A DNA stretch of 64,000 nt from Candidatus Daviesbacteria bacterium. Lineage in GTDB: Bacteria > Patescibacteriota > Microgenomatia > Daviesbacterales > UBA10151. This document shows positions 47,950 to 58,561 of this stretch, piece by piece. Location: positions 1,454 to 65,453 of the forward strand of contig JBEPVZ010000002.1 in the NCBI GenBank assembly GCA_041690695.1, written 5' to 3'. Under the pieces are notes generated by a model. That model searched no databases, was not told the DNA's origin, and saw only the letters and a list, made by a program, of their open reading frames with translations. Each line of letters opens with the position of its first letter. Positions within the stretch are counted from its first letter, which is position 1. The position numbers and the translations under genes are program-made.

Positions 47950-49415
47950 TGTTGATAAACATAAGCTTTAAAACCACCTTGTTCGAGCATATATTTATAG
48001 TTTAGGGGAGCTATCGTTGGGGCTCTTTTTTCCGTCATTAAAACTGAGTACTCCGTTGCGCTGGATGAAACTTCTTGGGGATAAAGCCAACTAAAAACTG
48101 AATCTTCGGAACTATGAGCTGGCTTTCGAGCATAATTACTAAAAAGATATCTCCAACCTTCATATTTATGACATGCTCCATCTTGATCTAAATCGTAACT
48201 ATTTTGTCCGACAATATTCATGACTTGTCCGATGAGCTTATTTTTAGTAGCGAGACCAAAATCTCCGCTAGCTGTAAAAACAGTAAAGATGCCATGGATA
48301 ACAAATAAGATGATTACAATATAAGCTAGAATCCTTATTTTTTTAGAAAATGATTCTATAAGTGATGCCATAACTAAAAAGAGGAGAGGAAAAAATCCGA
48401 GTAGATAATATTCAATCGGATGAATAACTGGTAAGGCAATGAATGGAATAAGAAATGACAAACTAAGTAAAACGATTAATCTTGTTTTTGGATTAGTCCA
48501 GGTCGCCTTTTTAATACTAAAGTATAACAAGCCGATTAGAGTTATGGCTGATAATACTAAGCTGCCTTGAGTAGTTGTCGAAAGGGGATTTGTAATACAC
48601 GGATATAAAATTTCATCGGCATTATTTCGATTAGGTGTTAAATACCAGACTCGACTGAAAGATTGAAGAAGGCTATTAAAACGAAGTCCAAGATCTATGT
48701 TGACATGATATTTACTGGAAGATTGTAGAATTCTAATAGGGGTAGTTATATTGCTAGCCTTATGAAAGTAATCAAAAGCGATTAAAGGCGAAATCGTTAT
48801 GATAAATGCCAGAAAACTGAGGATTAAGATTTTTTTATTCAATTTTTTTCTTTGAATAAATGCCCAATAAAGGGCGACTATGATAATGAGAAAAAGAGAC
48901 AAGTGGATATGGAAGACCATTCCGTATGAAATAGCGAAAACAATCCACCATTTATTAGAGCGACTGGTCAGATAAAGTGATATGGCCATCAGTAAAGATA
49001 AAAACGGAACTCCGGGGGGATAAGGCTGCTGGTCATAATAGACCATTAGTGCTGAGCTGGCGTAGAGAAGGGCTGCAACTAGGCCAACTTTTTTATTAAA
49101 AATATATGTGCCAAGTAGATATAGTAAAAAAACTGCTCCAACCCCAAGTAAGCTGGAAATTACTCCCAAAACCAGCGGATTACCTTGGAACAAGGCTACA
49201 AATGGATAGATAATATATATCCAGAGAGGCCCCATGTAAAAATCAAAGCCTAAGGCGCTAACACCAATCCAAATAATATGGAAATGTTTAACAATCGTTT
49301 GAGTAATATAAAGCAAATATTCTTCATCTGGAGTAAAAACCATCAACTTAGAAAGAGTTACTAATCTGATGATTGCTGCCAATAATAAGATGACAATCAA
49401 GGCGTATTTTTGCAT
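47946..49415 (-). CDS. GT-C glycosyltransferase, ArnT/PMT-like (GT39/83-type)
   Basis: The N-terminus AIIRLVTLSKLMVFTPDEEYLLY carries the DE(E) loop motif. About 12 TMs, 489 aa. Confidence 0.6.
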   Translation of the reverse strand: MQKYALIVILLLAAIIRLVTLSKLMVFTPDEEYLLYITQTIVKHFHIIWIGVSALGFDFYMGPLWIYIIYPFVALFQGNPLVLGVISSLLGVGAVFLLYLLGTYIFNKKVGLVAALLYASSALMVYYDQQPYPPGVPFLSLLMAISLYLTSRSNKWWIVFAISYGMVFHIHLSLFLIIIVALYWAFIQRKKLNKKILILSFLAFIITISPLIAFDYFHKASNITTPIRILQSSSKYHVNIDLGLRFNSLLQSFSRVWYLTPNRNNADEILYPCITNPLSTTTQGSLVLSAITLIGLLYFSIKKATWTNPKTRLIVLLSLSFLIPFIALPVIHPIEYYLLGFFPLLFLVMASLIESFSKKIRILAYIVIILFVIHGIFTVFTASGDFGLATKNKLIGQVMNIVGQNSYDLDQDGACHKYEGWRYLFSNYARKPAHSSEDSVFSWLYPQEVSSSATEYSVLMTEKRAPTIAPLNYKYMLEQGGFKAYVYQH

Positions 49416-49422
49416 AAAATAA

Positions 49423-49440
49423 TTGTACCATTTGGTACAA
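49423..49440. promoter_or_regulatory. 18-bp palindrome TTGTACCA-tt-TGGTACAA in a 32-bp divergent intergenic region (candidate operator)
   Basis: Perfect 8-bp inverted arms separated by 2 bp, centred between the minus-strand gene start (49415) and the plus-strand start (49448). Confidence 0.3.
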
Positions 49441-49447
49441 TGTTTAA

Positions 49448-50263
49448 ATGAAATGTTTCTTTCATAAGCAAGACGACTCAGCGCTTTTGTTTATGGCTAA
49501 GGGTTTGCCTATTAAAAAATGTAAAATCGATCAGCTAGTCTTTACTGACAAAAGTTTTGATTTTAGTTATAAAAAATACCATCGTGATTTTGAATATAAT
49601 CAATCAGATCGGCAGTTTAAAAATATTTTCTTAAAAAGAATTAACAAGATAAAAAAATTTAAATTAGATGGTAAGGCTTTGGATATCGGTTGTTCAACGG
49701 GGGCTTATTTAGGTTTATTAAAGGAACTTGGATGGGACGTTACTGGGATTGAAACTTCGAAGCAAGCTGCTAAGATAGCAGCAGACAAAGGTATCCGAGT
49801 CTTGACCCAGTCTTTTGAATCAACTAATTTTAAAGATCAGAGATTTGATCTGATTATCCTAAACCATACCTTAGAGCATCTCGAAAATCCTCTTGATGTC
49901 TTTCAAAAAATCTATAAACTTTTAAATCCTTCAGGAATGGTCATTGTTGACTTGCCAAACTTCGATTGCTTGTCAGAAAAGTATCGCCGCGATAAATGGA
50001 AGTTACTTTTACCAAACGAACATCCCTGGCAATTTACACCTCAAACATTAAGACTATTATTTGAGAAAGCTGGGTTAAAAGATATTCAATATGATACCTC
50101 ATCCGGTTTACTCGATTATGCAAACCCTATTTTTGAATTATTGCTCGCGTTAGTTACTTTTAAAAAACGGTTTTTTAATGAGTTGGCAATGTTACCTTGG
50201 AACTTGGTTGAAACGATCTTGAATAAAGGTAGCGATCTATCGATGGTCGGCTTTAAAAAATGA
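49448..50263 (+). CDS. class I SAM-dependent methyltransferase
   Basis: Motif I ALDIGCSTGAYLGLL; post-I GWDVTGIE; LNPSGMVIVDLPN. Confidence 0.65.
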   Translation: MKCFFHKQDDSALLFMAKGLPIKKCKIDQLVFTDKSFDFSYKKYHRDFEYNQSDRQFKNIFLKRINKIKKFKLDGKALDIGCSTGAYLGLLKELGWDVTGIETSKQAAKIAADKGIRVLTQSFESTNFKDQRFDLIILNHTLEHLENPLDVFQKIYKLLNPSGMVIVDLPNFDCLSEKYRRDKWKLLLPNEHPWQFTPQTLRLLFEKAGLKDIQYDTSSGLLDYANPIFELLLALVTFKKRFFNELAMLPWNLVETILNKGSDLSMVGFKK

Positions 50264-51666
50264 AAAAGTGCATAAGTTTGGGGCCGGTAGTATTGATTTT
50301 GTTATTTCACCTTTGGCTACTTAGTAATTTAATATTTACGGCTTGGCCCGAAATGTTAAGTTATCCATTTTTACTAAATTCCGGTTTTGTAATTTATCGC
50401 GATTTTGTGATGCCTTATCCACCACTATTACCTTTATTTCTTGAATTGTGGTTTAAGTTATTCAATTTTGATGTTCATTCTTTGCGTTTGCTGACTTGGC
50501 TTTTAATTATGATCGTTGATTTCAACTTATTTTATTTAATTAAAAGGATTTCTAAAAGCCAAAAAATAAGTCTAGGTCTTTTAGCGATATATGTACCGAT
50601 CCAAGCTTTATTGGATGGCAACATGTTATGGTTTGATTTTGCGACGCTTGTGCCCTTATCCTTTGGTTTAATAACATTGTTTAAATGGCTAAATAATCAA
50701 AAAGGATCCTACCTTTTTTCTACCGTCGCGTTCTTTGGAATAGCGACGGCTATTAAGCAAACTACGATCCTATACTTTATACCTTTAGCACTTTGCTATC
50801 TAATTTATAAAAAAAAGCTTTACTCGAAAGATTTATTGACCGGAGCATTAGCTTTAGGTTTAATTTGGGTGCCATTAATTAGTTATTTACTTGTAAAAGG
50901 TTCTATTTTGTCGTTCTGGCTATGGAATTTTGTTTATCCATTAACGGAGTGGTCAAAGTTTCCAGGCTATGTTGCGCTATCCTTAACCCGCGATCAAAAG
51001 CTAATTTTAATAATACTGATCGCCTCTATCGTTGTGACAATGATGGGACTCTCCAAAAAAATATGGACTGACTTAAAGTTTTGGACTCTACTGGGATTTG
51101 TATTAGTTGCTGGTATAACCGTTTATCCAAGATTTTCTTTTTTTCATTTACAGCCGGCCTTATTTTTAATCATTTTGCTGTTGGGCTATAGTCTCAGTCG
51201 ACTAAAAAGTAGTTTCCAAGTGATTGTTTTTGGATTATTGGTGATTAATCTTATTTTGATTGTTAAATTTGAGCTTCCAACTACTTTAGGTTCAAATCAA
51301 ATACGTTTTGATGGGCCGGAAGATCAACAATTGACGAAAAGTTTAAAGTCTTATTTAAAGCCAGGCGATAGGGTTTACTTTTTAGGATTATCATCTTTGG
51401 AGTATGTTCAAACTCAAACTTTACCGACCAAGCCTTGGGTAGATAATTTTGGTTGGTACTTAGAAATGCCTGATGTTCAGCGGCAAGTTATTAACGGGTT
51501 AATTAAGAATAAACCTCAGTTTATTTTTTGGCAGAAACCATCAAGCGGTATGTGGTATGAATTGGGAGTTTATCAGCCAAAACAAATAGTATCTTTTATT
51601 AATCAATCTTATATACAATCAGGACAACTAAATAATGGAATAGAAATATGGACCAGAAAAGATTAA
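50260..51666 (+). CDS. polytopic membrane protein, probable GT-C-type glycosyltransferase
   Basis: 468 aa with about 11 TMs and a C-terminal roughly 120-aa soluble segment. Operon context. Confidence 0.45.
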   Translation: MKKCISLGPVVLILLFHLWLLSNLIFTAWPEMLSYPFLLNSGFVIYRDFVMPYPPLLPLFLELWFKLFNFDVHSLRLLTWLLIMIVDFNLFYLIKRISKSQKISLGLLAIYVPIQALLDGNMLWFDFATLVPLSFGLITLFKWLNNQKGSYLFSTVAFFGIATAIKQTTILYFIPLALCYLIYKKKLYSKDLLTGALALGLIWVPLISYLLVKGSILSFWLWNFVYPLTEWSKFPGYVALSLTRDQKLILIILIASIVVTMMGLSKKIWTDLKFWTLLGFVLVAGITVYPRFSFFHLQPALFLIILLLGYSLSRLKSSFQVIVFGLLVINLILIVKFELPTTLGSNQIRFDGPEDQQLTKSLKSYLKPGDRVYFLGLSSLEYVQTQTLPTKPWVDNFGWYLEMPDVQRQVINGLIKNKPQFIFWQKPSSGMWYELGVYQPKQIVSFINQSYIQSGQLNNGIEIWTRKD

Positions 51667-52610
51667 AGATCGCGTTTTTAAGCCGATATAGTGGGATAGT
51701 CGAACGAGGGGCTGAAACCTATGTTCTAGAACTTGCCAAAAGACTAGAAGCCTTTCATCAAGTCGATATTTTATCAGGTCTTGATTCAGATAATTTTTGG
51801 AAGATAGTTCAAGGACATTATGATATTGTCATTTCAACTAATGGTCGCATTCAAGCCTTAAAGGTCAGTTTAGGAAGATTGTTTAGTAATTATAAGTTAA
51901 TTATTTCCGGTCAAGCTGGTATTGGCCGCGATGATATTTGGAATATAGCGATCGCTTGTCCAAATGTATTTGTAGCTCTAACTGATGTCGAGCTTAATTG
52001 GGCTAAAAAGTGGGCATGGTTTAGTAAATTAATAAAGATTCCGAATGGGATTGATTTAAAAAAATTCTCATCGACTGGACAAAAAATCAAACTAGATTTA
52101 GAGCCGCCAGTCATTCTCAGTGTTGGAGCTCTGAGTTGGTATAAACATCACGATAGAACAATTGAAGCAGTTAGTAAGTTAAAAAAAGGGTCGCTATTAA
52201 TTATTGGCCAAGGGCCTCTCAAATCAGAATTGACCAAATTAGGAAATGAGAAACTTGGTAAGACACGTTTTAAGGTTATCAGTGCTCCTTATTCTGAAAT
52301 TGCTAAGTATTATAGAAGTTGTGATCTATTTACTTTACCATCTTGGGACAGAGAAGCTTTTGGGATAGTTTATTTAGAAGCAATGGCTTCAGGTTTAGGA
52401 GTGGTTGCGCCAGATGACTTGTCAAGGCAAGAGATTATTGGGCAGGCTGGAATTTTAGTTGATACTTCAGATCCGGAAAAATTTAGTCAGGCCCTAGAAG
52501 GAGCATTTAAAAAAGACTGGTTAAAAGTTGCTCGACTACAAGCCGAGAAATTTTCATGGGATAAGGTCGCAAATAGTTATTTAGAATTATTTAAGGATTT
52601 AAAGTCATGA
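51648..52610 (+). CDS. GT4 family glycosyltransferase
   Basis: REAFGIVYLEAMASGLGVVAPDDLSRQEIIG is the E-x7-E motif. Confidence 0.65.
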   Translation: MDQKRLKIAFLSRYSGIVERGAETYVLELAKRLEAFHQVDILSGLDSDNFWKIVQGHYDIVISTNGRIQALKVSLGRLFSNYKLIISGQAGIGRDDIWNIAIACPNVFVALTDVELNWAKKWAWFSKLIKIPNGIDLKKFSSTGQKIKLDLEPPVILSVGALSWYKHHDRTIEAVSKLKKGSLLIIGQGPLKSELTKLGNEKLGKTRFKVISAPYSEIAKYYRSCDLFTLPSWDREAFGIVYLEAMASGLGVVAPDDLSRQEIIGQAGILVDTSDPEKFSQALEGAFKKDWLKVARLQAEKFSWDKVANSYLELFKDLKS

Positions 52611-53446
52611 AAGTCTCTGTTATTATTCCTGTTTTTAATGAGGCCAAGGTTTTAGGTGACTGTTTAAAATCTCTTTTAGCTGAAAACTTCCAAGATTATG
52701 AAATTATAGTAGTTGATGATGGTTCAAAAGATCGAAGTTTAGATATTGCAAAACAATTTAAAACTAAAATCTTTCACCAAAAACATAAGGGTCCGGGAGC
52801 CGCTCGAAATTTAGGTGTTAAACATGCTCGGGGGCAAGTAATTGTTTTTGTTGATGCCGATATGACTTTTGATAAAAACTTTATAAAAAAGTTAACTGAG
52901 CCCATTTTTAAAGGCCAAACGATAGGGACATTTAGCAAAGAAGAATATGTTACCAATCCCAAAAAACGTTGGAGCCAAGCGTGGAATATCAACAAGAAAT
53001 TACCAATAGAGCGAATGCATCCTGAGAATTATCCGAGTGAGCAAGCAGTTTTTCGAGCGATTTTAAAATCTGAATTTGAAAAGGTTGGTGGATTTAAAAC
53101 GATTGGTTATATTGATGACTATACATTAAGTGAAAAACTGGGTATTAAAGCTATTGCTGCTCCAGGGGCTATTTTTTATCATCGTAATCCTGAAACTTTC
53201 GGAGAAGTTTGGCGACAAGCCAGGTGGGTGGGTAAAAGTGAATTTAAAAGACGAAAAATTCGGATTGAATTTATCATGAGATTTATTGCCATCTTTAGAT
53301 ATTCTTTGCCAGTCAGTTTAATAAAGGGGATTTTAATTGCGATTAAAAACAAAAAGCTATTTTTTATCTGGTTTAAAGTTATTTACGATTTGGCCGTTGA
53401 AGTTTCTTTATGGAGATCCTTTTTAAGAGAACAACGTTACCGATGA
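52607..53446 (+). CDS. GT2 family glycosyltransferase
   Basis: VSVIIPVFNEAKVLGDCLKSL...IIVVDDGSKDRS...VIVFVDADMTFD. Confidence 0.65.
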   Translation: MKVSVIIPVFNEAKVLGDCLKSLLAENFQDYEIIVVDDGSKDRSLDIAKQFKTKIFHQKHKGPGAARNLGVKHARGQVIVFVDADMTFDKNFIKKLTEPIFKGQTIGTFSKEEYVTNPKKRWSQAWNINKKLPIERMHPENYPSEQAVFRAILKSEFEKVGGFKTIGYIDDYTLSEKLGIKAIAAPGAIFYHRNPETFGEVWRQARWVGKSEFKRRKIRIEFIMRFIAIFRYSLPVSLIKGILIAIKNKKLFFIWFKVIYDLAVEVSLWRSFLREQRYR

Positions 53447-54867
53447 TTTGGATAATTTTATTATTTAGTTTTGCACTCCGATTAATATCGCTAAATCAAT
53501 CGCTTTGGTTAGATGAAGCTATCAGCGTTTTAGCTGTTCGGGGACATGATTTAGCTTATATTTGGAGTCATTTCTTTGCTGTTGATGTTCATCCCCCTGG
53601 ATTTTACTTATTACTCTGGTTAACTGGTAATTTATTTGGCTGGAGTGAGATCATAATTCGTTTACCGTCCGTACTATTGGCGATTGGAACAATTTATTTA
53701 ACTTTTAAAATTGGTCAACTACTTTTTTCAAAACCAGTTGGTTTAATTGCGGCATTACTTTTGGCGGTTAATCCACTTGATCTTTATTATTCGGAGGAGG
53801 CCAGAATGTACTCGTTAGCTACTTTTGGGGTAGCTTTGTCTTTTTACTGTTTTTTTAAATATTTAAAGGGTTTAAGAGTCCGTTGGTGGTTATATGCGAT
53901 TAGCTTGGTGATTATCTTCTGGTCAGATTATCTGCCATATATCGTGGTTTTAATTCAATTGGGCGGCTTTGTATTGTTTAGAAAAAATACTAAAAATAGA
54001 AGTTTTATTTCTGGGCTACTAGTTGGTTTATTGAGTTTGTTACCTTTGATTCCACTAGCTTGGCAACAATTTGTCGGTGGATTAAAAGTTGCTACGGACT
54101 TACCCACTTGGGGAAAGATTGTCGGAGGAGCTGGCTTTAAAGAGCTGGCATTGTTACCACTAAAAACTGAAACTGGTCGAATATCTTTAGCGGGTAACCC
54201 GTTATTTAAAGTTCTAGCTGGGTTTACAAGTTTAATTTATCTTTATCTGTTAGTTTGTCTATGGAGGAGGTTTAATAAACCGGTTGTGGTGTTATTTGCG
54301 TGGCTAATCATTCCACCCGTTTTGACATTCTTGGTTTCATTTTGGATCCCATTATTTTCTTATTATCGTTTTATCTTCATTCTGCCAGCCTTTTGTCTCT
54401 TAGTAGCTATCTCTATTAACAGTCAAAAGCGGGTGGTCCAAAAATTATTAGGATTAGTACTGATTTTTCTTGAATTAACTTTCTGCTTTATTTATCTGAT
54501 TAATCCAACTTTCCATCGTGAAGATTGGCGTGGGGCTGTTAATTTTACGGATCAATTTAAAAATTCTGACCAAATAATTTTATTTGATGATAATAATCTT
54601 GAGGCGCCATTTATCTATTACAGTCAGAATTTAAGTCCGGCTAAACCTGGGTTAGATAAGATCCCAGCCGATTCATCAAATATAAATTCATTAGTGGCTA
54701 AGCTTGAAGGTAAAAATCAGGTTTATTTATATGATTATTTGGTTGATATAACAGATCCAAACCGAATCTTAGCTCAGAATTTAAATAGCTTAGGTTTTAA
54801 ACAAACTCAAACTTATAATTTCAATGGGGTTGGGTTTATCTATTTGTATACTCGAGTTAATCAATAA
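53443..54867 (+). CDS. GT-C glycosyltransferase, ArnT/PMT-like (GT39/83-type)
   Basis: LISLNQSLWLDEAISVLAV has the DE loop. About 12 TMs. The start is taken at ATG 53443 (ATGA overlap with the upstream stop); the track ORF begins at 53410. Confidence 0.6.
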   Translation: MIWIILLFSFALRLISLNQSLWLDEAISVLAVRGHDLAYIWSHFFAVDVHPPGFYLLLWLTGNLFGWSEIIIRLPSVLLAIGTIYLTFKIGQLLFSKPVGLIAALLLAVNPLDLYYSEEARMYSLATFGVALSFYCFFKYLKGLRVRWWLYAISLVIIFWSDYLPYIVVLIQLGGFVLFRKNTKNRSFISGLLVGLLSLLPLIPLAWQQFVGGLKVATDLPTWGKIVGGAGFKELALLPLKTETGRISLAGNPLFKVLAGFTSLIYLYLLVCLWRRFNKPVVVLFAWLIIPPVLTFLVSFWIPLFSYYRFIFILPAFCLLVAISINSQKRVVQKLLGLVLIFLELTFCFIYLINPTFHREDWRGAVNFTDQFKNSDQIILFDDNNLEAPFIYYSQNLSPAKPGLDKIPADSSNINSLVAKLEGKNQVYLYDYLVDITDPNRILAQNLNSLGFKQTQTYNFNGVGFIYLYTRVNQ

Positions 54868-54904
54868 ACACTTCCAGGTCCAACAATTTGTTACAATAAA
54901 AAGT

Positions 54905-55918
54905 ATGAAAGTTGGAATGGATATTTCTCAAACAGCCCATGGCGGAGGAGTGGCGACTTATACTGAAAATTTAGCCAGTCATTTACTTAGTCAGCCTGAG
55001 TTGGAGATGGTTTTCTTTTATTCATCTCTTCGGAAACGCTATCCTGGAAATTTACCTAAATCAAAGTTAAAATCATTTAATTTACCTCCTAGCTTGTTTG
55101 AAGTTCTGTTTAATAAGATTCGTAACTTTCCAATAGAAAAGTTTGTTGGTGAGGTTGATATATTTCATTCGTCAGATTGGGTTCAGCCACCTTCTAAAGC
55201 TCGGAAGGTCACAACTTATCACGATGTTATACCGTTAAAATACCCGGAATGGTCAACTCCTAAAATAGTCAGTGTTCATAAACGTCGGTTACAACTTGTT
55301 GAAAAAGAGATCGATATGGTGATTGCGGTTTCTGAAACAACTAAAAAAGATCTACTAAGTCTATCAAGTATTCCTGAAAATAAGATTACGGTTATTTATG
55401 AAGCAGCCTCCGACGATTTTAAAATTATGGGTGAGTCAAAAGTAGTCGAGTTTAAGAAGAAATATAAATTGCCTGATCAGTTTATATTGGCAATCGGTGG
55501 AATTGGTATTAGACGTAACCTCGCTCGAGTTAAAGAGGCGGCTGATAAGATACCAGTTATTATAACTGGTCAAGATTTACCATTTTTAAAAATGGATGAA
55601 ATGGTCCTACTTTATAATGCAGCTTCGGTTTTAGTTTACCCTTCACTTTATGAAGGTTTTGGTTTGCCAATTTTAGAAGCCATGCAATCAGGTACATCAG
55701 TTGTAACATCAAACTTATCATCAATGGCTGAAATTGGTAAAGATGCAGCTGTTTTAGTCGACCCAACAAAAACCGATTCAATTAGAGAAGGTATTAAGCA
55801 AGCTTTGGCTGATCAAAAACAACTTCAGAAAAAAGGTCTCGAGCGCGCTAAACAATTTAGCTGGCAAAAAGCGGCTCAGCAAACTGCCAAACTTTATGAG
55901 CAGGTTTATGAATCTTGA
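54905..55918 (+). CDS. GT4 family glycosyltransferase
   Basis: MKVGMDISQTAHGGGVATY...YEGFGLPILEAMQSGTSVVTSNLSSMAEIG. The track ORF from 54824 is an upstream extension. Confidence 0.65.
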   Translation: MKVGMDISQTAHGGGVATYTENLASHLLSQPELEMVFFYSSLRKRYPGNLPKSKLKSFNLPPSLFEVLFNKIRNFPIEKFVGEVDIFHSSDWVQPPSKARKVTTYHDVIPLKYPEWSTPKIVSVHKRRLQLVEKEIDMVIAVSETTKKDLLSLSSIPENKITVIYEAASDDFKIMGESKVVEFKKKYKLPDQFILAIGGIGIRRNLARVKEAADKIPVIITGQDLPFLKMDEMVLLYNAASVLVYPSLYEGFGLPILEAMQSGTSVVTSNLSSMAEIGKDAAVLVDPTKTDSIREGIKQALADQKQLQKKGLERAKQFSWQKAAQQTAKLYEQVYES

Positions 55919-57449
55919 TAGATTTTTAATCATTGGTTTACTGGGGTTGGGAATTATTCTTCGATTAGTTTTAACTTCAAATGGTAATTTTTTGTTTAAT
56001 CTTGATAGTGCTCGAGATATGGTTGATGTTCGGGAGATGGTCGAACTTCATAAATTCAGATTAACCGGTCCAACATCGGGTATTGATGGAGTTTATGATG
56101 GGCCAGCTTGGTATTACCTTATGGCAATTCCATATATTTTATCGGCGGGTGATCCTTATTCGATGATTTTGATGGAAATTATCTTTTGGGCGATTGGTGG
56201 CTGGTTTTTATTAAAAATTGTTAGCCGCTATGGCCGAAATATGATAGTTTTAGTGGGTATTCTTTGGATATTTTCAGATTTAACGTTTTTAGCAACTCGT
56301 TATTCTTTAAGCCCAAATTTAGTTTTATTATTATTTCCTGTCCTTTTTTATGTTTTAGAAAAATCACTAAATCTAAAAACTAAAAAAGTTTATCTTTACA
56401 CAATTTTAGTTTGGGGATTAGCAGGTTTTATTTTTAATTTAGAGATGGCTTTTGGATTAGTTGTGCCAATCTTACTTTTGTTTATTTATTGGCTATATGA
56501 CCATAAATTTTATTTAAGATTAGCTAATTATTTCGGAGTTGTAGTTTATGGCTTATTTCTCCTTCCTCAAATAATTTTTGATTTAAAACATCAAAACATG
56601 ATGGGCCAAGCATTAGTTAATTATTTACATCAACCAGGTGGTGGGTCCGCCAGATCTAATCTAATTAATTTATGGAGAGAAACAGTTTCGGGCATCTTGC
56701 TTAATAATCACTTTTTAATTGACTTAAGTTGGGTTTTAGTCGTTTTAACAGTCGTCATAATTATCAAGAAGTTAAAATTGTCGGATAAATATTTGATAAT
56801 CAGTTTAGTCTTTTTTCTTGGTCCGTTATTAATTTATTTTCTAATTCCGATCAACATTATGCTTTGGCATTTACTTAGCTTAAGTGTTGGTTTTTTAATT
56901 TTAATGGCTGGGGGACTAGGACAGCTTAAAAAAGGACAAATTGGTCGATTGCTAGGGGGATTGTTGATAGTTATTTCTGGTTACTTTGGAATAGTGGGCT
57001 TTTTAGATAACTTAAATCAGCTTAGTAATGACGTCTCACTGTTTAAAAATGAATCAGCAGCTATCGATTATGTTTATGCGTCGGCGAATCATCAAAACTT
57101 TAAAGCCTATGTTTATATGCCCTCGGTGATTGATTATCCTTATCAATATTTATTCTGGTGGCAAGGTATTAAAAAATATGGTTATACACCATCAGATTAT
57201 GCTTATTTACCCAATAAACCAGCGTATATTTCGTCTCAACAATCTTTTATAAAACTTAGTTCAGGTGGAGCGAGTGATCGGGTCTATCTCATTAAAGAGC
57301 CAGATCGAATTTATATGCGACAAGCTTGGGAGAATAGTTTTAATGATTTGCCAGTCGTTGAGACGGTAATGGTCGGACCGCTTGAAGTTGAAATTAGGCA
57401 GGACTTGAGTCAGATGAACGCATCTGCTACGCTTGAGATGAATTTATGA
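55896..57449 (+). CDS. polytopic membrane protein, probable GT-C-type glycosyltransferase
   Basis: 517 aa. The first loop is NLDSARDMVDVREM...GPTSGIDGVYDGPAWYY. About 11 TMs and a C-terminal soluble tail. Confidence 0.45.
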   Translation: MSRFMNLDRFLIIGLLGLGIILRLVLTSNGNFLFNLDSARDMVDVREMVELHKFRLTGPTSGIDGVYDGPAWYYLMAIPYILSAGDPYSMILMEIIFWAIGGWFLLKIVSRYGRNMIVLVGILWIFSDLTFLATRYSLSPNLVLLLFPVLFYVLEKSLNLKTKKVYLYTILVWGLAGFIFNLEMAFGLVVPILLLFIYWLYDHKFYLRLANYFGVVVYGLFLLPQIIFDLKHQNMMGQALVNYLHQPGGGSARSNLINLWRETVSGILLNNHFLIDLSWVLVVLTVVIIIKKLKLSDKYLIISLVFFLGPLLIYFLIPINIMLWHLLSLSVGFLILMAGGLGQLKKGQIGRLLGGLLIVISGYFGIVGFLDNLNQLSNDVSLFKNESAAIDYVYASANHQNFKAYVYMPSVIDYPYQYLFWWQGIKKYGYTPSDYAYLPNKPAYISSQQSFIKLSSGGASDRVYLIKEPDRIYMRQAWENSFNDLPVVETVMVGPLEVEIRQDLSQMNASATLEMNL

Positions 57450-58561
57450 AAATTTGGATTGATGGATATGAAGCGAATTCACCAGATCGACTTGGTTCTT
57501 CTCAAGTTGGTTTTGAACTACTGAAAAGCCTTGCCAAGATTGATAAAAAAAACGATTTTACAATTCTTTTGCCATCAGAACCTTTAGCTGATTTACCAAA
57601 GTCTCGAGCTGGCTGGGCATATCAAGTAATTAATCCAAAACGACTTTGGACGAGATTATCTTTACCAAAATTTATTAACCAATCAAAAGATAAGCCAGAT
57701 GTAGTTTTTTCACCAACCCATTATATTCCCCATACTGGAAAAGTCAGACGAGTTAATATGATCTTTGATCTATCCTTTTTGAAATTTAAAGATATGTTTA
57801 AAAAACGTGATCTCTGGCAGTTAACAATTGGTACAAAATATGGAGCTAAGAACTCCAGTCAAATTATTACGATCTCAGAATCTTCGAAAAAAGATATTAT
57901 GGAGGCGTATAAGGTTGACGGCTCAAAAGTGATGGTTAGTTATCCAGGTTATGACAAAGAGATGTTTTATCCTCGTAATGACCGGAAGCAAGTTGTCAAA
58001 ATTTTAGATAAATATAAGATAGTAGGCGATTATGTTATTTATATCGGGACGATTCAACCTCGTAAGAATTTAGAGCGATTAATTGAAGCTTTTAAAGAGA
58101 TCGAAAACTTAAAGCTGGTTATTGTTGGAAAAACTACGGGTCAGGGTCGACAGGGCTGGATGTTTGAGCAAATTTTAAATAAGCCCAAAGATCTTGGGAT
58201 ATCCGACAAGATTATTTTTACTGGCTTTGCTCCAACTGAAGATTTACCCTATCTTTTAACAGGCGCTAAAGCTTATATTCTGCCGTCCCTTTGGGAGGGT
58301 TTTGGAATACCAGTTGTTGAGGCGATGGCTTGCGGAACGCCGGTAATTGTATCCAGAGTGTCTTCACTGCCTGAAGTTGTTGGTGAGGCTGGATTACAAA
58401 TTGATCCCTACTCAATTTTGGATATTAAAAATGCCATTTTGAAAATAGTCAAAGATCGTGAGCTCGCTCAAACTTTATCTAAAAAAGGCTTAGTTCAAGC
58501 CCGCCAATTTTCGTGGGATAAAATGGCCGAACAAGTTTTAAGCGTTTTAGAAAAATCATGA
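57446..58561 (+). CDS. GT4 family glycosyltransferase
   Basis: [31 protein letters not shown] is the E-x7-E motif. Confidence 0.7.
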   Translation: MKIWIDGYEANSPDRLGSSQVGFELLKSLAKIDKKNDFTILLPSEPLADLPKSRAGWAYQVINPKRLWTRLSLPKFINQSKDKPDVVFSPTHYIPHTGKVRRVNMIFDLSFLKFKDMFKKRDLWQLTIGTKYGAKNSSQIITISESSKKDIMEAYKVDGSKVMVSYPGYDKEMFYPRNDRKQVVKILDKYKIVGDYVIYIGTIQPRKNLERLIEAFKEIENLKLVIVGKTTGQGRQGWMFEQILNKPKDLGISDKIIFTGFAPTEDLPYLLTGAKAYILPSLWEGFGIPVVEAMACGTPVIVSRVSSLPEVVGEAGLQIDPYSILDIKNAILKIVKDRELAQTLSKKGLVQARQFSWDKMAEQVLSVLEKS

